Below are positions 1 through 9,551 of a stretch of 64,000 nucleotides of DNA, piece after piece. The notes below the pieces were generated by a model that saw nothing but the letters and a program-made list of their open reading frames with translations, made no database searches and was not told where the DNA came from. The stretch's first letter is position 1. Every line of letters starts with the position of its first letter. Source of the stretch: Candidatus Kapaibacterium sp. GTDB taxonomy: Bacteria; Bacteroidota; Ignavibacteria; Kapaibacteriales; UBA2268. Location: positions 5,312,001 through 5,376,000 of the forward strand of contig OY762428.1 of assembly GCA_963665665.1 (NCBI GenBank). Reading direction: 5' to 3'. The translations under genes and the position numbers were made by a program.

Positions 1-276
1 CTTGCCTGGAAAAAGGAAATTGAATATTCATGGCATGGTTACGACGAAAGCAGAAAAAAAATTAAAAGGTTTAACGAGAAGATCAGGAATAAATCCCTGA
101 AACTGCGGGAACTGACTTTTCTTGCCTACAGGGAGGGACAGATCGGTTTGCTTCAGATGCTTGATGCCGAGAAAATTTACCTTGACAACGAGCTAAGGTA
201 TCTTGAAGAACTTTTGAATTACTATTTAAATATCCTTGACCTTGAAAAATTTACTAATGAAAACTATTTATTCTAA
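1..276 (+). CDS. TolC/CzcC-family outer membrane efflux protein, 3' end (partial)
   Basis: Frame 1 is open from base 1 to TAA 274-276 and reads ...LAYREGQIGLLQMLDAEKIYLDNELRY..., a typical OEP C-terminus. It lies directly upstream of the adaptor and RND genes. Confidence 0.8.
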   Translation, partial: LAWKKEIEYSWHGYDESRKKIKRFNEKIRNKSLKLRELTFLAYREGQIGLLQMLDAEKIYLDNELRYLEELLNYYLNILDLEKFTNENYLF

Positions 277-292
277 TTCATCGGAGCCCAAA

Positions 293-1480
293 ATGATAAA
301 AAACAGGCTTATAATATTATTAATATCTGTTGTTTTTATCTCATCATGTTCGGACAATAAACCGGAAGTTAATGAGAATGTTGAGTCGCTGCCTCCTTCA
401 ATTGCAGTTCAGGAAGAAACTGTTTCCTCAGTAATTGAACTTTCGGACGAACAGGCCGGACAGCTTAATATTGAAACCGAATCAGTTAAAGCAGGCCGGC
501 TGGATATTAAAATTGCAGCACCTGCAAATGTTTTTCCGGCACCGGAAAATCTAAGGATAATATCTGCACCTGTCAGCGGCAGGGTTGTTGCTATAAATTA
601 TCACGAAGGCAATATGGTAAGCAAAGGAGATATCCTTCTCGAAATTGAAAGCCTTGACTTTGCCAACATGGTTTCGGAGTATTTAAGATCATTAGCAGAT
701 AAGGAATATTATTCCAGCAATTACAACCGTCTTAATAAACTTGCCAAACAAAATATAAGCAGCAGGAGCGACCTGGAAAAAGCTGAAAGCGAACTCAGGA
801 GAGCTTCCAACTTATTAACTGCGGCACATTCAAAACTTCTGGCAATTGGCATCAGCCAAAAAGAAATGAATGCATGGGCTAACGGAGCCGATCCGGGAGC
901 TATTATTAAAATACGTGCCGGTATAAGCGGTAAGCTGAACGAGCACCTTGTTGATATGGGACAGGCAGTAAATATATACGACAAGATGCTAACGATTATA
1001 AATCCAAGTAAGGTAATGATTAAAGGGTTTTTATCGCCTCATGACGCATCACTTGTAAGGCCGGGTGATACGGCTTTTACCGAAACACTCAAAGGGCATG
1101 AGCACAGCAGGGTTGCCGGAATTATCCATTCTATAAACCCCGCCCTTGATGAAAACAACAAATCTGTGGTTGTAAATGTTATGGCTTCTCCGAACAATGG
1201 CTGGCCAAGGCCGGGACAAAGCATAAGGCTGGTAATTGATTCCAAAACCGACGACAATGTGATATACATTCCTGTAAAAGCAATTGTTTATGATGGTGAT
1301 AAAGCATTGGTTTTCGTCAAAAAGTCCGGAAACCAATGGGAGAAGAGATATATTGAAATAAAAAGGTCATTCGAAGATTTTGCTGTTGTTCAAAGCGGCC
1401 TGAAGGCCGGAGAGGAAGTAGCTGTTTCGAAGATATTCAACCTGAAAGCGCTCGCCAGATTCGAGCAATTTGCCGATTAA
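293..1480 (+). CDS. RND efflux periplasmic adaptor (CzcB/CusB-like), probable lipoprotein
   Basis: GGAG RBS at 283-286 before ATG 293; ISSC lipobox-like signal; lipoyl/hairpin MFP motifs (ISAPVSGRV, GLKAGEEV). Confidence 0.9.
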   Translation: MIKNRLIILLISVVFISSCSDNKPEVNENVESLPPSIAVQEETVSSVIELSDEQAGQLNIETESVKAGRLDIKIAAPANVFPAPENLRIISAPVSGRVVAINYHEGNMVSKGDILLEIESLDFANMVSEYLRSLADKEYYSSNYNRLNKLAKQNISSRSDLEKAESELRRASNLLTAAHSKLLAIGISQKEMNAWANGADPGAIIKIRAGISGKLNEHLVDMGQAVNIYDKMLTIINPSKVMIKGFLSPHDASLVRPGDTAFTETLKGHEHSRVAGIIHSINPALDENNKSVVVNVMASPNNGWPRPGQSIRLVIDSKTDDNVIYIPVKAIVYDGDKALVFVKKSGNQWEKRYIEIKRSFEDFAVVQSGLKAGEEVAVSKIFNLKALARFEQFAD

Positions 1481-1501
1481 TGAATTTCACGGAGTAAAAA
1501 A

Positions 1502-4500
1502 GTGATTTTAAATAAAATTATTGATTTTAGTTTAAGGCAAAAACTTGTTGCCATATCAATTATTCTGCTGATGGGATTCGGGGGCTTTCTCTCGCTAAGG
1601 GATATCCCAATAAACTCCCTGCCGGATGTTACTCCCGTTCAGGTACTGGTTATAACCAAAGCTGGCAGGTATTCTCCTTATGACGTTGAAAAACTTGTAA
1701 GTTACCCGATAGAAAATGCAATGAACGGACTCCCGGAAGTTAAAGAGATCCGTTCGATTTCCCAGTTCGGTTTATCAGCAGTAACAATTGAATTTGAAGA
1801 AAGTACAGATATTTATTTTGCCCGGCAAATGGTAAGCCAGCGCCTGCAAAGCATTGTAGACGAACTCCCGGAGGGTGTATCATCGCCTCAGTTGGGGCCA
1901 ATATCCACAGCTCTTGGCGAGATTTACCAGTACGTTGTCCGGGGCGACGGTCATTCGCTTACCGAGTTGAGAACTATACAGGACTGGATGATAGCCCCGC
2001 AGCTAAAAACAATAAAAGGGGTAACTGAAATTACAGCATTCGGCGGGTATGTAAAGCAGTACGACCTGACAATATTACCAGGCAGGCTAAGGATGCTTAA
2101 TATCGGCCTGAACGATGTTTTGGCTGCTATTGCAAATAATAACAGTGTTTCAGGTGGTAATTACCTCGAGCATAACCGTGAGCAATATATTATCCGGGGT
2201 TACGGACAGATAAAAAAAGAATCTGATATCGGTGATATAGTCGTTACCAACCTGAACGGACGGCCAATTTTTATACGAGACATCGCAGAAATCAGTATTG
2301 GCCGGCAAATGCGCCAGGGAGCTGTAACCCAGGATGGACAGGGCGAAGTTGTTACCGGCATAATTATGATGCTTCGCGGGGGGAATTCAAGGGATGTTAT
2401 AGAGTCAATTGTTGATAAAATTGAAAATATCAGCCTGTCTCTGCCAGAAGGTGTTTCAATTGATAAATTCTACGACCAGTCCGACCTGATCAGCAGAACT
2501 ACCGGCACTTTAACAACGAACCTGCTTGAAGGCGGCTTCTTTGTTATAGTAGTATTACTATTACTACTTGGTGAAATTCGTGGAGCGCTTATCGTTGCCT
2601 CGGTAATTCCTCTTTCAATGCTTTTTGCATTTATTGGAATGCGTGAATTCGGGTTGGCGGCAAACCTGATGAGCCTTGGAGCCATTGACTTTGGTATGGT
2701 TGTGGACGGCTCGGTGGTGATGATTGAAAACCTTGTACACAGGCTGCAAAATGCCGGGGAGGGAAAATCAAAGATAAAAATTATGCGAGAGGCTGCCCAC
2801 GAGGTTTCCCGCCCGATATTCTTCGGTGTATTAATAATATTAATGGTTTATGTTCCGATAATGACTTTCAGCGGTATGGAGGGCATTCTGTACCGACCGA
2901 TGGCAATTACCGTTGCAACTGCAGTATTTGGTTCGCTGATAATCGCACTCGTTTATGTGCCTGCTATGGCGGCTTTCGTATTCAGGAAAGGCATAAAAGT
3001 CAGGAAGAATTTTATTATAGGAAAGTTGCAGCCGGTTTATAAAAAATTCCTTGAAAGAGTAATAAATAAAAAATTAGCTGCTATTATAGTTTCCGTGATA
3101 TTACTTATTGCATCGCTATCCCTGATTCCTTTCATGGGAACGGAATTCCTTCCGGAACTTGACGAAGGCTCTATTCTTGTTGAACAGGTAAGAATGCCAA
3201 GCGTAACACTGAAGGAATCAGTTCAAAATGCCAACTGGCTTGCAGGAATACTTGTAAAGGAAATTCCCGAGATACAGACCGTTGTTCCTAAAACAGGACG
3301 TTCCGACCTTGCTAACGACTGGATGGGCGTTCACCAGACCGACGTCTGGGTGCTGCTAAAACATCCCGACGAATGGCGGCCCGGGATGACAAAAGAAGAT
3401 ATACAGGATATGATACGTCCTTACCTTGAAAAGGAACCGGGGCTTTCATACAACTTTACACAGCCGATAGCAATGCGTGTGGACGAGCTAACTTCCGGAG
3501 TTAAATCCGACGTAGCTGTTAAAATTTATGGCGAAGGGCTTGAAGAACTGAACGCTATAGGCCAGGAGATATTAAAAGCGGCGCAAACCCTTCCCGGAAC
3601 TGATAATGTTTATCTTGAACAGCCCATTGGCCAGCCTTACCTGAACATTGATATCGACCGCGAAGCCGTTGCGAATTATGGCCTGAATGTTGACGAAGTG
3701 CAGCGTGTGGTTGAAGTGGGAATAGGTGGTTCACCTGCCGGCGAAGTTTTCGAAGGACAGAAAAGATTTGAAATTGTAGCAAGATTTCCACAGGCGCTCA
3801 GGGATAACTTCGATGAGATTGGCAATGTGCCTGTTCACCTGCCCAAGGGAGGCTTCATTCCTTTGAAAGAAGTGGCCGATATTTATCCGCAGGAGGGCCC
3901 GAGAGAGATATTCCGCGAGAACGGATGGCGGCGCGTGGTGGTAAGTATAAACCTTGCCGGAATTGATATTGGTACCTACGTTGCAAACCTGAAGGATGCC
4001 ATATCCAAATCGTCGAATATACCATCCGGTTACTTTATTGAATACGGTGGTGCATTCGAAAACCAGCAAAGGGCTATGAACCACCTGATGCTTGTGGTTC
4101 CACTTTCACTTATGATCATACTCGGCCTGCTTTACATGATGTTCGGCAGGATAAGATATGCCAACCTGATTTTCCTTAATCTGCCATTTGCTCTTTCCGG
4201 CGGGATAATATTACTCTGGCTCAGAGGATTGTACCTGTCGGTTTCAGCAAGTATCGGATTCGTTGCTTTATTTGGCGTAGCGGTGCTGAACGGTATTGTG
4301 CTTGTAGCTCATCTGAACGAATTACGCCAGAAGGGTGTTTCGCTAAAGGAAGCAGTGATAAAAGGGGCTTCGGACAGGCTGAGGCCGGTATTGATGACGG
4401 CCCTCGTGGCAAGTCTCGGTTTTATTCCCATGGCGTTCAATACAGGACCAGGATCAGAGGTTCAAAGGCCGCTTGCAACAGTCGTTATCGGCGGACTGAT

Positions 4501-4594
4501 AACAGCTACGCTGCTTACACTTCTGGTACTTCCTACAATCTACTACTGGATTGAATCCGACGACAGGCTGCCACAAAACGAAGCTGAATTTTAG
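1502..4594 (+). CDS. czcA: CzcA/CusA heavy-metal efflux RND permease
   Basis: 1030 aa with HME-RND motifs NLMSLGAIDFGMVVDG, GFVALFGVAVLNG and RLRPVLMTALVASLGFIPMA. Confidence 0.93.
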   Translation: MILNKIIDFSLRQKLVAISIILLMGFGGFLSLRDIPINSLPDVTPVQVLVITKAGRYSPYDVEKLVSYPIENAMNGLPEVKEIRSISQFGLSAVTIEFEESTDIYFARQMVSQRLQSIVDELPEGVSSPQLGPISTALGEIYQYVVRGDGHSLTELRTIQDWMIAPQLKTIKGVTEITAFGGYVKQYDLTILPGRLRMLNIGLNDVLAAIANNNSVSGGNYLEHNREQYIIRGYGQIKKESDIGDIVVTNLNGRPIFIRDIAEISIGRQMRQGAVTQDGQGEVVTGIIMMLRGGNSRDVIESIVDKIENISLSLPEGVSIDKFYDQSDLISRTTGTLTTNLLEGGFFVIVVLLLLLGEIRGALIVASVIPLSMLFAFIGMREFGLAANLMSLGAIDFGMVVDGSVVMIENLVHRLQNAGEGKSKIKIMREAAHEVSRPIFFGVLIILMVYVPIMTFSGMEGILYRPMAITVATAVFGSLIIALVYVPAMAAFVFRKGIKVRKNFIIGKLQPVYKKFLERVINKKLAAIIVSVILLIASLSLIPFMGTEFLPELDEGSILVEQVRMPSVTLKESVQNANWLAGILVKEIPEIQTVVPKTGRSDLANDWMGVHQTDVWVLLKHPDEWRPGMTKEDIQDMIRPYLEKEPGLSYNFTQPIAMRVDELTSGVKSDVAVKIYGEGLEELNAIGQEILKAAQTLPGTDNVYLEQPIGQPYLNIDIDREAVANYGLNVDEVQRVVEVGIGGSPAGEVFEGQKRFEIVARFPQALRDNFDEIGNVPVHLPKGGFIPLKEVADIYPQEGPREIFRENGWRRVVVSINLAGIDIGTYVANLKDAISKSSNIPSGYFIEYGGAFENQQRAMNHLMLVVPLSLMIILGLLYMMFGRIRYANLIFLNLPFALSGGIILLWLRGLYLSVSASIGFVALFGVAVLNGIVLVAHLNELRQKGVSLKEAVIKGASDRLRPVLMTALVASLGFIPMAFNTGPGSEVQRPLATVVIGGLITATLLTLLVLPTIYYWIESDDRLPQNEAEF

Positions 4595-4602
4595 CTTGAA
4601 AC

Positions 4603-4639
4603 TCAGACGTCCGGCTCTACAAAGGTGCTGGACGTCTGA
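4603..4639. repeat. REP-like palindrome (also a possible terminator of the efflux operon)
   Basis: TCAGACGTCCGGC-n11-GCTGGACGTCTGA; related to the copies at 6158 and 8301. Confidence 0.7.
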
Positions 4640-4698
4640 ATTAAATCCATCAAAAAATTCATTTATCACTGCCCTTCAGATATTACTAAAAGGGAAAA

Positions 4699-4838
4699 AT
4701 GTCCAAAATCTTACTTATTTTACCTTGGATTCTAACCATATTTTTGATCATTTTACCTTGGATTTTGACCATTTTTTTGATCATTTTACCTTGGATTTTG
4801 ACCATTTTTTATTTATATTAACCTTGGATTTTGACCAT
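4699..4838. repeat. Four direct repeats with exact 33-bp period plus one inverted partial copy
   Basis: Core ACCTTGGATTTTGACCAT starts at 4722 (variant), 4755, 4788 and 4821; inverted partial ATGTCCAAAATCT at 4699-4711. Confidence 0.9.
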
Positions 4839-4853
4839 ATAAGGATATATCAA

Positions 4854-6194
4854 ATGAAAAGAACTATATATAAATATCTGATTAAATGGAAAAATGAACC
4901 TTCAAGAAAACCATTGTTGCTACGCGGAGCAAGGCAAACCGGTAAAACATATATTGTTGAGGAATTTGGTTCGAATGAATTTGATAACGTTATTACATTG
5001 AACTTTGAAAGAAATCCTGAGTACAAAGCTATTTTTGATACCTATGACACAAATGATATCCTTGAAAAAATTACTTTATTTACCGGACGATCTTTTAGCA
5101 TTGGAAAAACCCTGATCTTTTTGGATGAAATTCAGGACTGCCCGAAAGCAATTATCGCTCTCCGATATTTTTATGAAGAGAAACCTGATATTCATATTAT
5201 TGGGGCGGGATCATTGCTTGAGTTCAGTTTGAATTCCGAAGACTTCAGAATGCCGGTTGGCCGCATTCAGTATATGTTTATGTATCCAATGTCCTTTATT
5301 GAATTTTTAAATGCTATAGGCGAAATTGCTTTAGCTGATTATATTCAAAAGTTTGAAAATCTGAATAAATTAACCCCCGAACTACATGAAAAACTATTAT
5401 CATTAGTTCAAAAATACTTTATCACAGGTGGTATGCCGGAAGTTGTTCAGGAATATATTTCATCAAATGATTTCATTAAATGCAGAAGGATTCAAAGATC
5501 GATACTTGATACATATATTGACGACTTTGCAAAATATTCAAGTATTATTAAGCACAAATATTTAAAAACAGTCTTCAATTCAATTCCATCTATTTTGGGA
5601 AACAAAGTTGTTTACTCCAAGATTGAAAGTTCATATAAATCCAGAGATTTAAAAGAAGCAATAGAACTTCTTGAAACAGCGGGTATAATTACCAGGTGCA
5701 TACGTTCAGGCGGTTCGGGAATTCCATTGAAAGCATCCGTCAGAGAAAATTTTTACAAATTGATTTTTCTTGATATTGGTTTATTCAATTCTTTAAGCGG
5801 TATGATTGAAAAAACTGCGAATGAAAAGAACCTTGATGTGATCTTCAAAGGCGCTGCAACAGAACAGTTTGTAGGACAGGAAATAATTTGCAGCCAAAGC
5901 CCGTTTACCAAACCCGGCCTTTTTTATTGGGCAAGAGAAGCTAAAAACAGCAATGCCAAGCTTGACTTTTTAATTGAAAAAGGTGGCGAAGTAATTCCTA
6001 TAGAAGTTAAATCAGGTAAAAAAGGAGTATATAAAAGCTTAAATATGTTTATTGAGAAATTTAATTCAAAGAATGCTCTAAAAATTTCTCAAAATCAATA
6101 TAGTGTAGAGAATAACATTATTTCATTACCATTATATGGGATCAATTCTTATATCAGGAATGCAGAAGTCCGACACATGCGAGGTGTTGAATAA
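4854..6194 (+). CDS. AAA_14 ATPase with DUF4143 / C-terminal PD-(D/E)XK-like domain
   Basis: Walker A GARQTGKT, Walker B IFLDEIQ, YFITGGMPE and C-terminal LDF...IPIEVKSG. True start is likely MKRTIY at 4854 (AAGGA upstream). Confidence 0.9.
   Translation: MKRTIYKYLIKWKNEPSRKPLLLRGARQTGKTYIVEEFGSNEFDNVITLNFERNPEYKAIFDTYDTNDILEKITLFTGRSFSIGKTLIFLDEIQDCPKAIIALRYFYEEKPDIHIIGAGSLLEFSLNSEDFRMPVGRIQYMFMYPMSFIEFLNAIGEIALADYIQKFENLNKLTPELHEKLLSLVQKYFITGGMPEVVQEYISSNDFIKCRRIQRSILDTYIDDFAKYSSIIKHKYLKTVFNSIPSILGNKVVYSKIESSYKSRDLKEAIELLETAGIITRCIRSGGSGIPLKASVRENFYKLIFLDIGLFNSLSGMIEKTANEKNLDVIFKGAATEQFVGQEIICSQSPFTKPGLFYWAREAKNSNAKLDFLIEKGGEVIPIEVKSGKKGVYKSLNMFIEKFNSKNALKISQNQYSVENNIISLPLYGINSYIRNAEVRHMRGVE
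6158..6189. repeat. Truncated REP-like palindrome overlapping the ATPase 3' end
   Basis: GAATGCAGAAGTCCGACAC matches 8301-8319 at 18/19 positions. Confidence 0.7.
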
Positions 6195-6208
6195 TAAAAA
6201 AGAACTTA

Positions 6209-6424
6209 ATGGCCGAAAAATTGGAACTCATGCAGATCATACTTGATTCATACGATCTGGAAATGATCAAGGAAATCAAAAAAGTTATTGACCACAATAA
6301 AGTCTAGGATTTCAAGACAAAGTTATCGGCTGAAGAGAAACGCGATATCCTTGAAGGTATAGAAGATACGGATAATAGCCATATTCTCAATTATTATGAA
6401 TACATGGCTAAACACAGCCCATGA
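6209..6424 (+). pseudogene. Addiction-module antitoxin-like pseudogene (in-frame TAG 6305-6307)
   Basis: MAEKLELMQIILDSYDLEMIKEIKKVIDHNKV*DFKTKLSAEEKRDILEGIEDTDNSHILNYYEYMAKHSP* resembles small Bacteroidota RelE/ParE antitoxins; it has an ATGA overlap with the next ORF. Confidence 0.6.
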
Positions 6425-6500
6425 AGAAAATGGGTTTTAGTACGTTGTTGCATTTATTGACAATAAGAATTTACCATCGCTTCTGCATTACGGTATTTAG
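6421..6500 (+). pseudogene. Possible RelE/ParE toxin remnant
   Basis: ATGA-coupled start; an alternative frame reads YVVAFIDNKNLP, like a RelE C-terminal strand. Most of the gene appears deleted. Confidence 0.35.
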
Positions 6501-6519
6501 AGGGTTAATATATTTATTT

Positions 6520-7683
6520 TTAATTCTTTCTTTCCCTTACCAGTACAGTTCCAACAAGTTTATCTTTAATCATGAAATCATTCATTGTATTTCTAAAAGA
6601 ATCATTTGCTTTTTCATAATCAAAATCAAATAAAACAAGAAATATCGGACCGGATTTCCAAGCATTGCTATATTTTTCAAGCTGCCCTTTGGCTCTGTCA
6701 ATTGCGCCAGTAGTAGCATCTCTCTTAAGTTCAAGCATAATAAGATTATCTATAACAATATCAGCTCTTCCTTTACCATTATACTCCAGTTCTAAAGGAA
6801 CTTCTGTTTGTATATTGGATTCCGGTAACGCTTTTTTTAACCTTTTAAAGAGCCTGTCCTGATACATATATTCCTTGTCAGCGGAGTTTGGATTCCAGCC
6901 ATTAAGTACGTCAAGAACCTTTTCAATCAAATGATGTTTATAAATTGACTTTGCCTCAGTAAGATGGAGGTTATCTTTCATATTATAGACGTAATTGTAT
7001 TTACTTATGGAATTAGGAGAATTATTAATACTAATTTTTTCAATTTCGGTAATTAATTTTAAATTGAAAATCTTCAATAAATCTGAAAAAAGTCTTTTCT
7101 TGTAAGATTTATCTTTTGAAAATATATAGAGGAAAAGAAATAGAGACGTAAATAGAACAACACTCCAGTAATTGTCAAGATTCAATACAAATAATTCTGA
7201 ATTATCAGGAGAAAAACCAAAGGGCATAATAACAAAAATTATTATTTGAAAAACAATCACAATTGATTTCATAATAAGTGCTGCCATTATTATAGATTTT
7301 GCAGCAAAATACATTTTTTCATATTTCGCATGATTCATATATTGTCTTTTTGCTTCATTAAACGATTCATAATAACTATGAATTTTAAATTTTGTTCTTT
7401 CCCATGTCCAATTACCATCATCATCTCTCCAACTGCCTATCCATGCAAAAGTCGAAACAAAAACAAAAGCAAATAAAAGTAAATTGCTTATGCCGGTAAA
7501 AAGCACTTCCTGATGGCCATCAGTTGATATAAAATTATCAATTTCAGGACCAATATAAATACAAATCAAAAATGCAATTATAAAATACTGAAGTCTTTTA
7601 CCATACAGCTTTCTGTCAATATAATCCATCTTATCAAAAAATCTTGTAATCTTTGATTTTAAGCTATTTGTACTTATTTCCAT
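6520..7683 (-). CDS. Membrane protein (about 4 TM) with C-terminal PD-(D/E)XK (GxxExxY-like) nuclease domain
   Basis: Four hydrophobic segments, then EYMYQ...QTEVPL...RADIVIDNLIMLELK...GQLEKY; visibly AT-rich. Confidence 0.7.
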   Translation of the reverse strand: MEISTNSLKSKITRFFDKMDYIDRKLYGKRLQYFIIAFLICIYIGPEIDNFISTDGHQEVLFTGISNLLLFAFVFVSTFAWIGSWRDDDGNWTWERTKFKIHSYYESFNEAKRQYMNHAKYEKMYFAAKSIIMAALIMKSIVIVFQIIIFVIMPFGFSPDNSELFVLNLDNYWSVVLFTSLFLFLYIFSKDKSYKKRLFSDLLKIFNLKLITEIEKISINNSPNSISKYNYVYNMKDNLHLTEAKSIYKHHLIEKVLDVLNGWNPNSADKEYMYQDRLFKRLKKALPESNIQTEVPLELEYNGKGRADIVIDNLIMLELKRDATTGAIDRAKGQLEKYSNAWKSGPIFLVLFDFDYEKANDSFRNTMNDFMIKDKLVGTVLVRERKN

Positions 7684-7989
7684 CTTCTACCTCTCCATAA
7701 AAATATAATTGTTTCTCAAATTAATTATTATCATAATTCACAAATAAAATTAAGGGGATGTGAGATATTTTATAATTTTGTAAGTAATTAAATATATCCT
7801 CACAACAGATATAATGCATAATAATTAAATTAATAAAAAAGAATAAAAGATGCAAGCAACAATACAAATAGCTACTTTCCGTCCTGCCGTGGTTTACAGA
7901 AGAAGCTTTTCCCGATAGATCATAGTTCTCTCACAATTTTTATTTTATTGTTATATACACGTATTATATTGGATTCATTCAGGGAATTT

Positions 7990-8288
7990 ATGCTTAAAGT
8001 TTTAATTATTGCTGTATTTCTTTTTATTATCTCTTTCTATTTGAAAGCCCAAAGCGGTTATTGGACGAAGATGAATCCTGATGTTTCACCACTGGCATGA
8101 GGTTACCACAGGATGACAACAGCAGGAGACGGCTATGTTTTAAAATTTGGCGGAACTGACACCGAAATTGGAAAATCCGATCAAACATGGTTAATAAACC
8201 TCATGAATATAATCTTTCATCCGGCATTTACATTGCATGTTTTAAAACCGGGAAGGAAGAGATATACAAGAAGATTTGGGTGGAATGA
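7990..8288 (+). pseudogene. Internally deleted kelch-repeat T9SS-secreted protein
   Basis: Signal peptide MLKVLIIAVFLF..., TGA at 8098-8100 within a kelch-like blade (SPLA*GYHRMTTAGDGYVLKFGG...DQTW), then a frameshifted T9SS tail NLSSGIYIACFKTGKEEIYKKIWVE*. Confidence 0.65.
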
Positions 8289-8300
8289 TTGAACGCCTTA

Positions 8301-8340
8301 GAATGCAGAAGTCCAACACCTGAGGAGTGTTGGACTTCTG
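8301..8340. repeat. REP-like palindrome / bidirectional hairpin
   Basis: CAGAAGTCCAACAC-n7-GTGTTGGACTTCTG, a 14-bp perfect stem. Confidence 0.8.
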
Positions 8341-8363
8341 TAATTTTAGAAATATAATAAAAT

Positions 8364-9551
8364 CTAAAAATCAAGTTCTTTCTTGAAGCTTCCGAATACT
8401 TCCAGTATCCTGTCAAGGTGATGTTTCTCGTGCGAAGCCATGTAGCTTGTACGCATCATGCTCATGTTGGGCGGAACTCCCGGAGGTATGAAAGCATTAA
8501 CAAAAACGCCTGCATCGAAAAGCTTACGCCAGAACATCATAGCTTTCTCGGTATCTCCTACGATAACAGGAACGATTGCCGTCGGGCTTTCAATGATATT
8601 GAATCCCAGATCACGGAAACCTTTCCTCATATAGTCTGAATTATCGATTAGTTTATCAACCAGGCCGGGATCCTCTTCCAGAACGTCAAGGGCTGCAAGT
8701 GTTGCTGCACAAGATGAAGGCGTCGGGCTGGCGCTGAAGATAATGGCTGCCGAATGATGTTTCAGGTAATTAATTACCCTTTCTTTACCGCCAATAAATC
8801 CGCCAAGAGATGAAAATGTTTTGGAGAAAGTACCCATTACTAAATCTGTTTCTTCCACTCTGTTGTGATGAGTCGGGGTACCGCGTCCTCCCCTGCCGAT
8901 AACGCCAACAGCATGAGCATCGTCAACCAGTACCCGTGCGCCATACTTTTTGGCAACATCAAGAATACCCGGAAGATTTACGATTTCACCTGTAACAGAG
9001 AATACTCCGTCGGTTACGATAAATTTGCCGGCGCTGTCGGGAATATTTTTCAACTGCCTTTCAAGGTCTTCCATATCATTATGTTTGTAGCGAACAAACT
9101 GTGCAAATCCGCCTTTGGCCATCATAGCGCCATTCACGATACATGCATGGTTCTCCTTGTCGCTTATAACATAATCCCCTCGCTGAGCAAGGGTTGAAAT
9201 TGTACCGAGAGCAGTCTGGTATCCTGTACTGAAAAGTAATACATCCTCGGTACCAAGAAATTTTGCAAGTCTTTCCTCAAGTTCTATATGCAGGTCGAGT
9301 GTTCCTGTCAGATAGCGCGATCCTGAACAGCCTGTACCATACTTTTCAATGGCTTTTATGGAGGCTTCTTTAACTCTTGGATGAGCAGTAAGGCCAAGAT
9401 AGTTATTCGATCCGGCCATGATCATCTTTTTACCATTCACGAAAACTTCCGGCCCCTCGTTTTCCTGGATAGGATGAAAATAAGGATATAGCCCGAGTTT
9501 TTTTACATCATCGGCTCTCGTGAATTCATAACATTTCTGAAAAAGATCCAT
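8364..9551 (-). CDS. PLP alpha-oxoamine synthase, serine palmitoyltransferase-like
   Basis: [25 protein letters not shown] and GTFSK motifs. The N-terminus resembles Bacteroidota Spt more than BioF/Kbl. Confidence 0.8.
   Translation of the reverse strand: MDLFQKCYEFTRADDVKKLGLYPYFHPIQENEGPEVFVNGKKMIMAGSNNYLGLTAHPRVKEASIKAIEKYGTGCSGSRYLTGTLDLHIELEERLAKFLGTEDVLLFSTGYQTALGTISTLAQRGDYVISDKENHACIVNGAMMAKGGFAQFVRYKHNDMEDLERQLKNIPDSAGKFIVTDGVFSVTGEIVNLPGILDVAKKYGARVLVDDAHAVGVIGRGGRGTPTHHNRVEETDLVMGTFSKTFSSLGGFIGGKERVINYLKHHSAAIIFSASPTPSSCAATLAALDVLEEDPGLVDKLIDNSDYMRKGFRDLGFNIIESPTAIVPVIVGDTEKAMMFWRKLFDAGVFVNAFIPPGVPPNMSMMRTSYMASHEKHHLDRILEVFGSFKKELDF

Noticed and set aside
4722-4838. Mini-CRISPR array
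   Set aside because: The linkers are only 15 nt, T-rich and nearly identical, and there are no cas genes.
4551-4853. N-terminal extension of the ATPase ORF with FTLDFDH repeats
   Set aside because: It is a translation of the palindrome and the 33-bp DNA repeats and overlaps czcA; the family-typical start is MKR at 4854.
6305-8100. Recoding of TAG 6305 or TGA 8098 (Pyl/Sec or an alternative genetic code)
   Set aside because: TAG and TGA terminate many intact genes in this window, and both loci show other decay.
4603-8340. Bona fide integron with attC sites
   Set aside because: There is no integrase, the palindromes lack clear RYYYAAC/GTTRRRY ends, and gene orientation is mixed.
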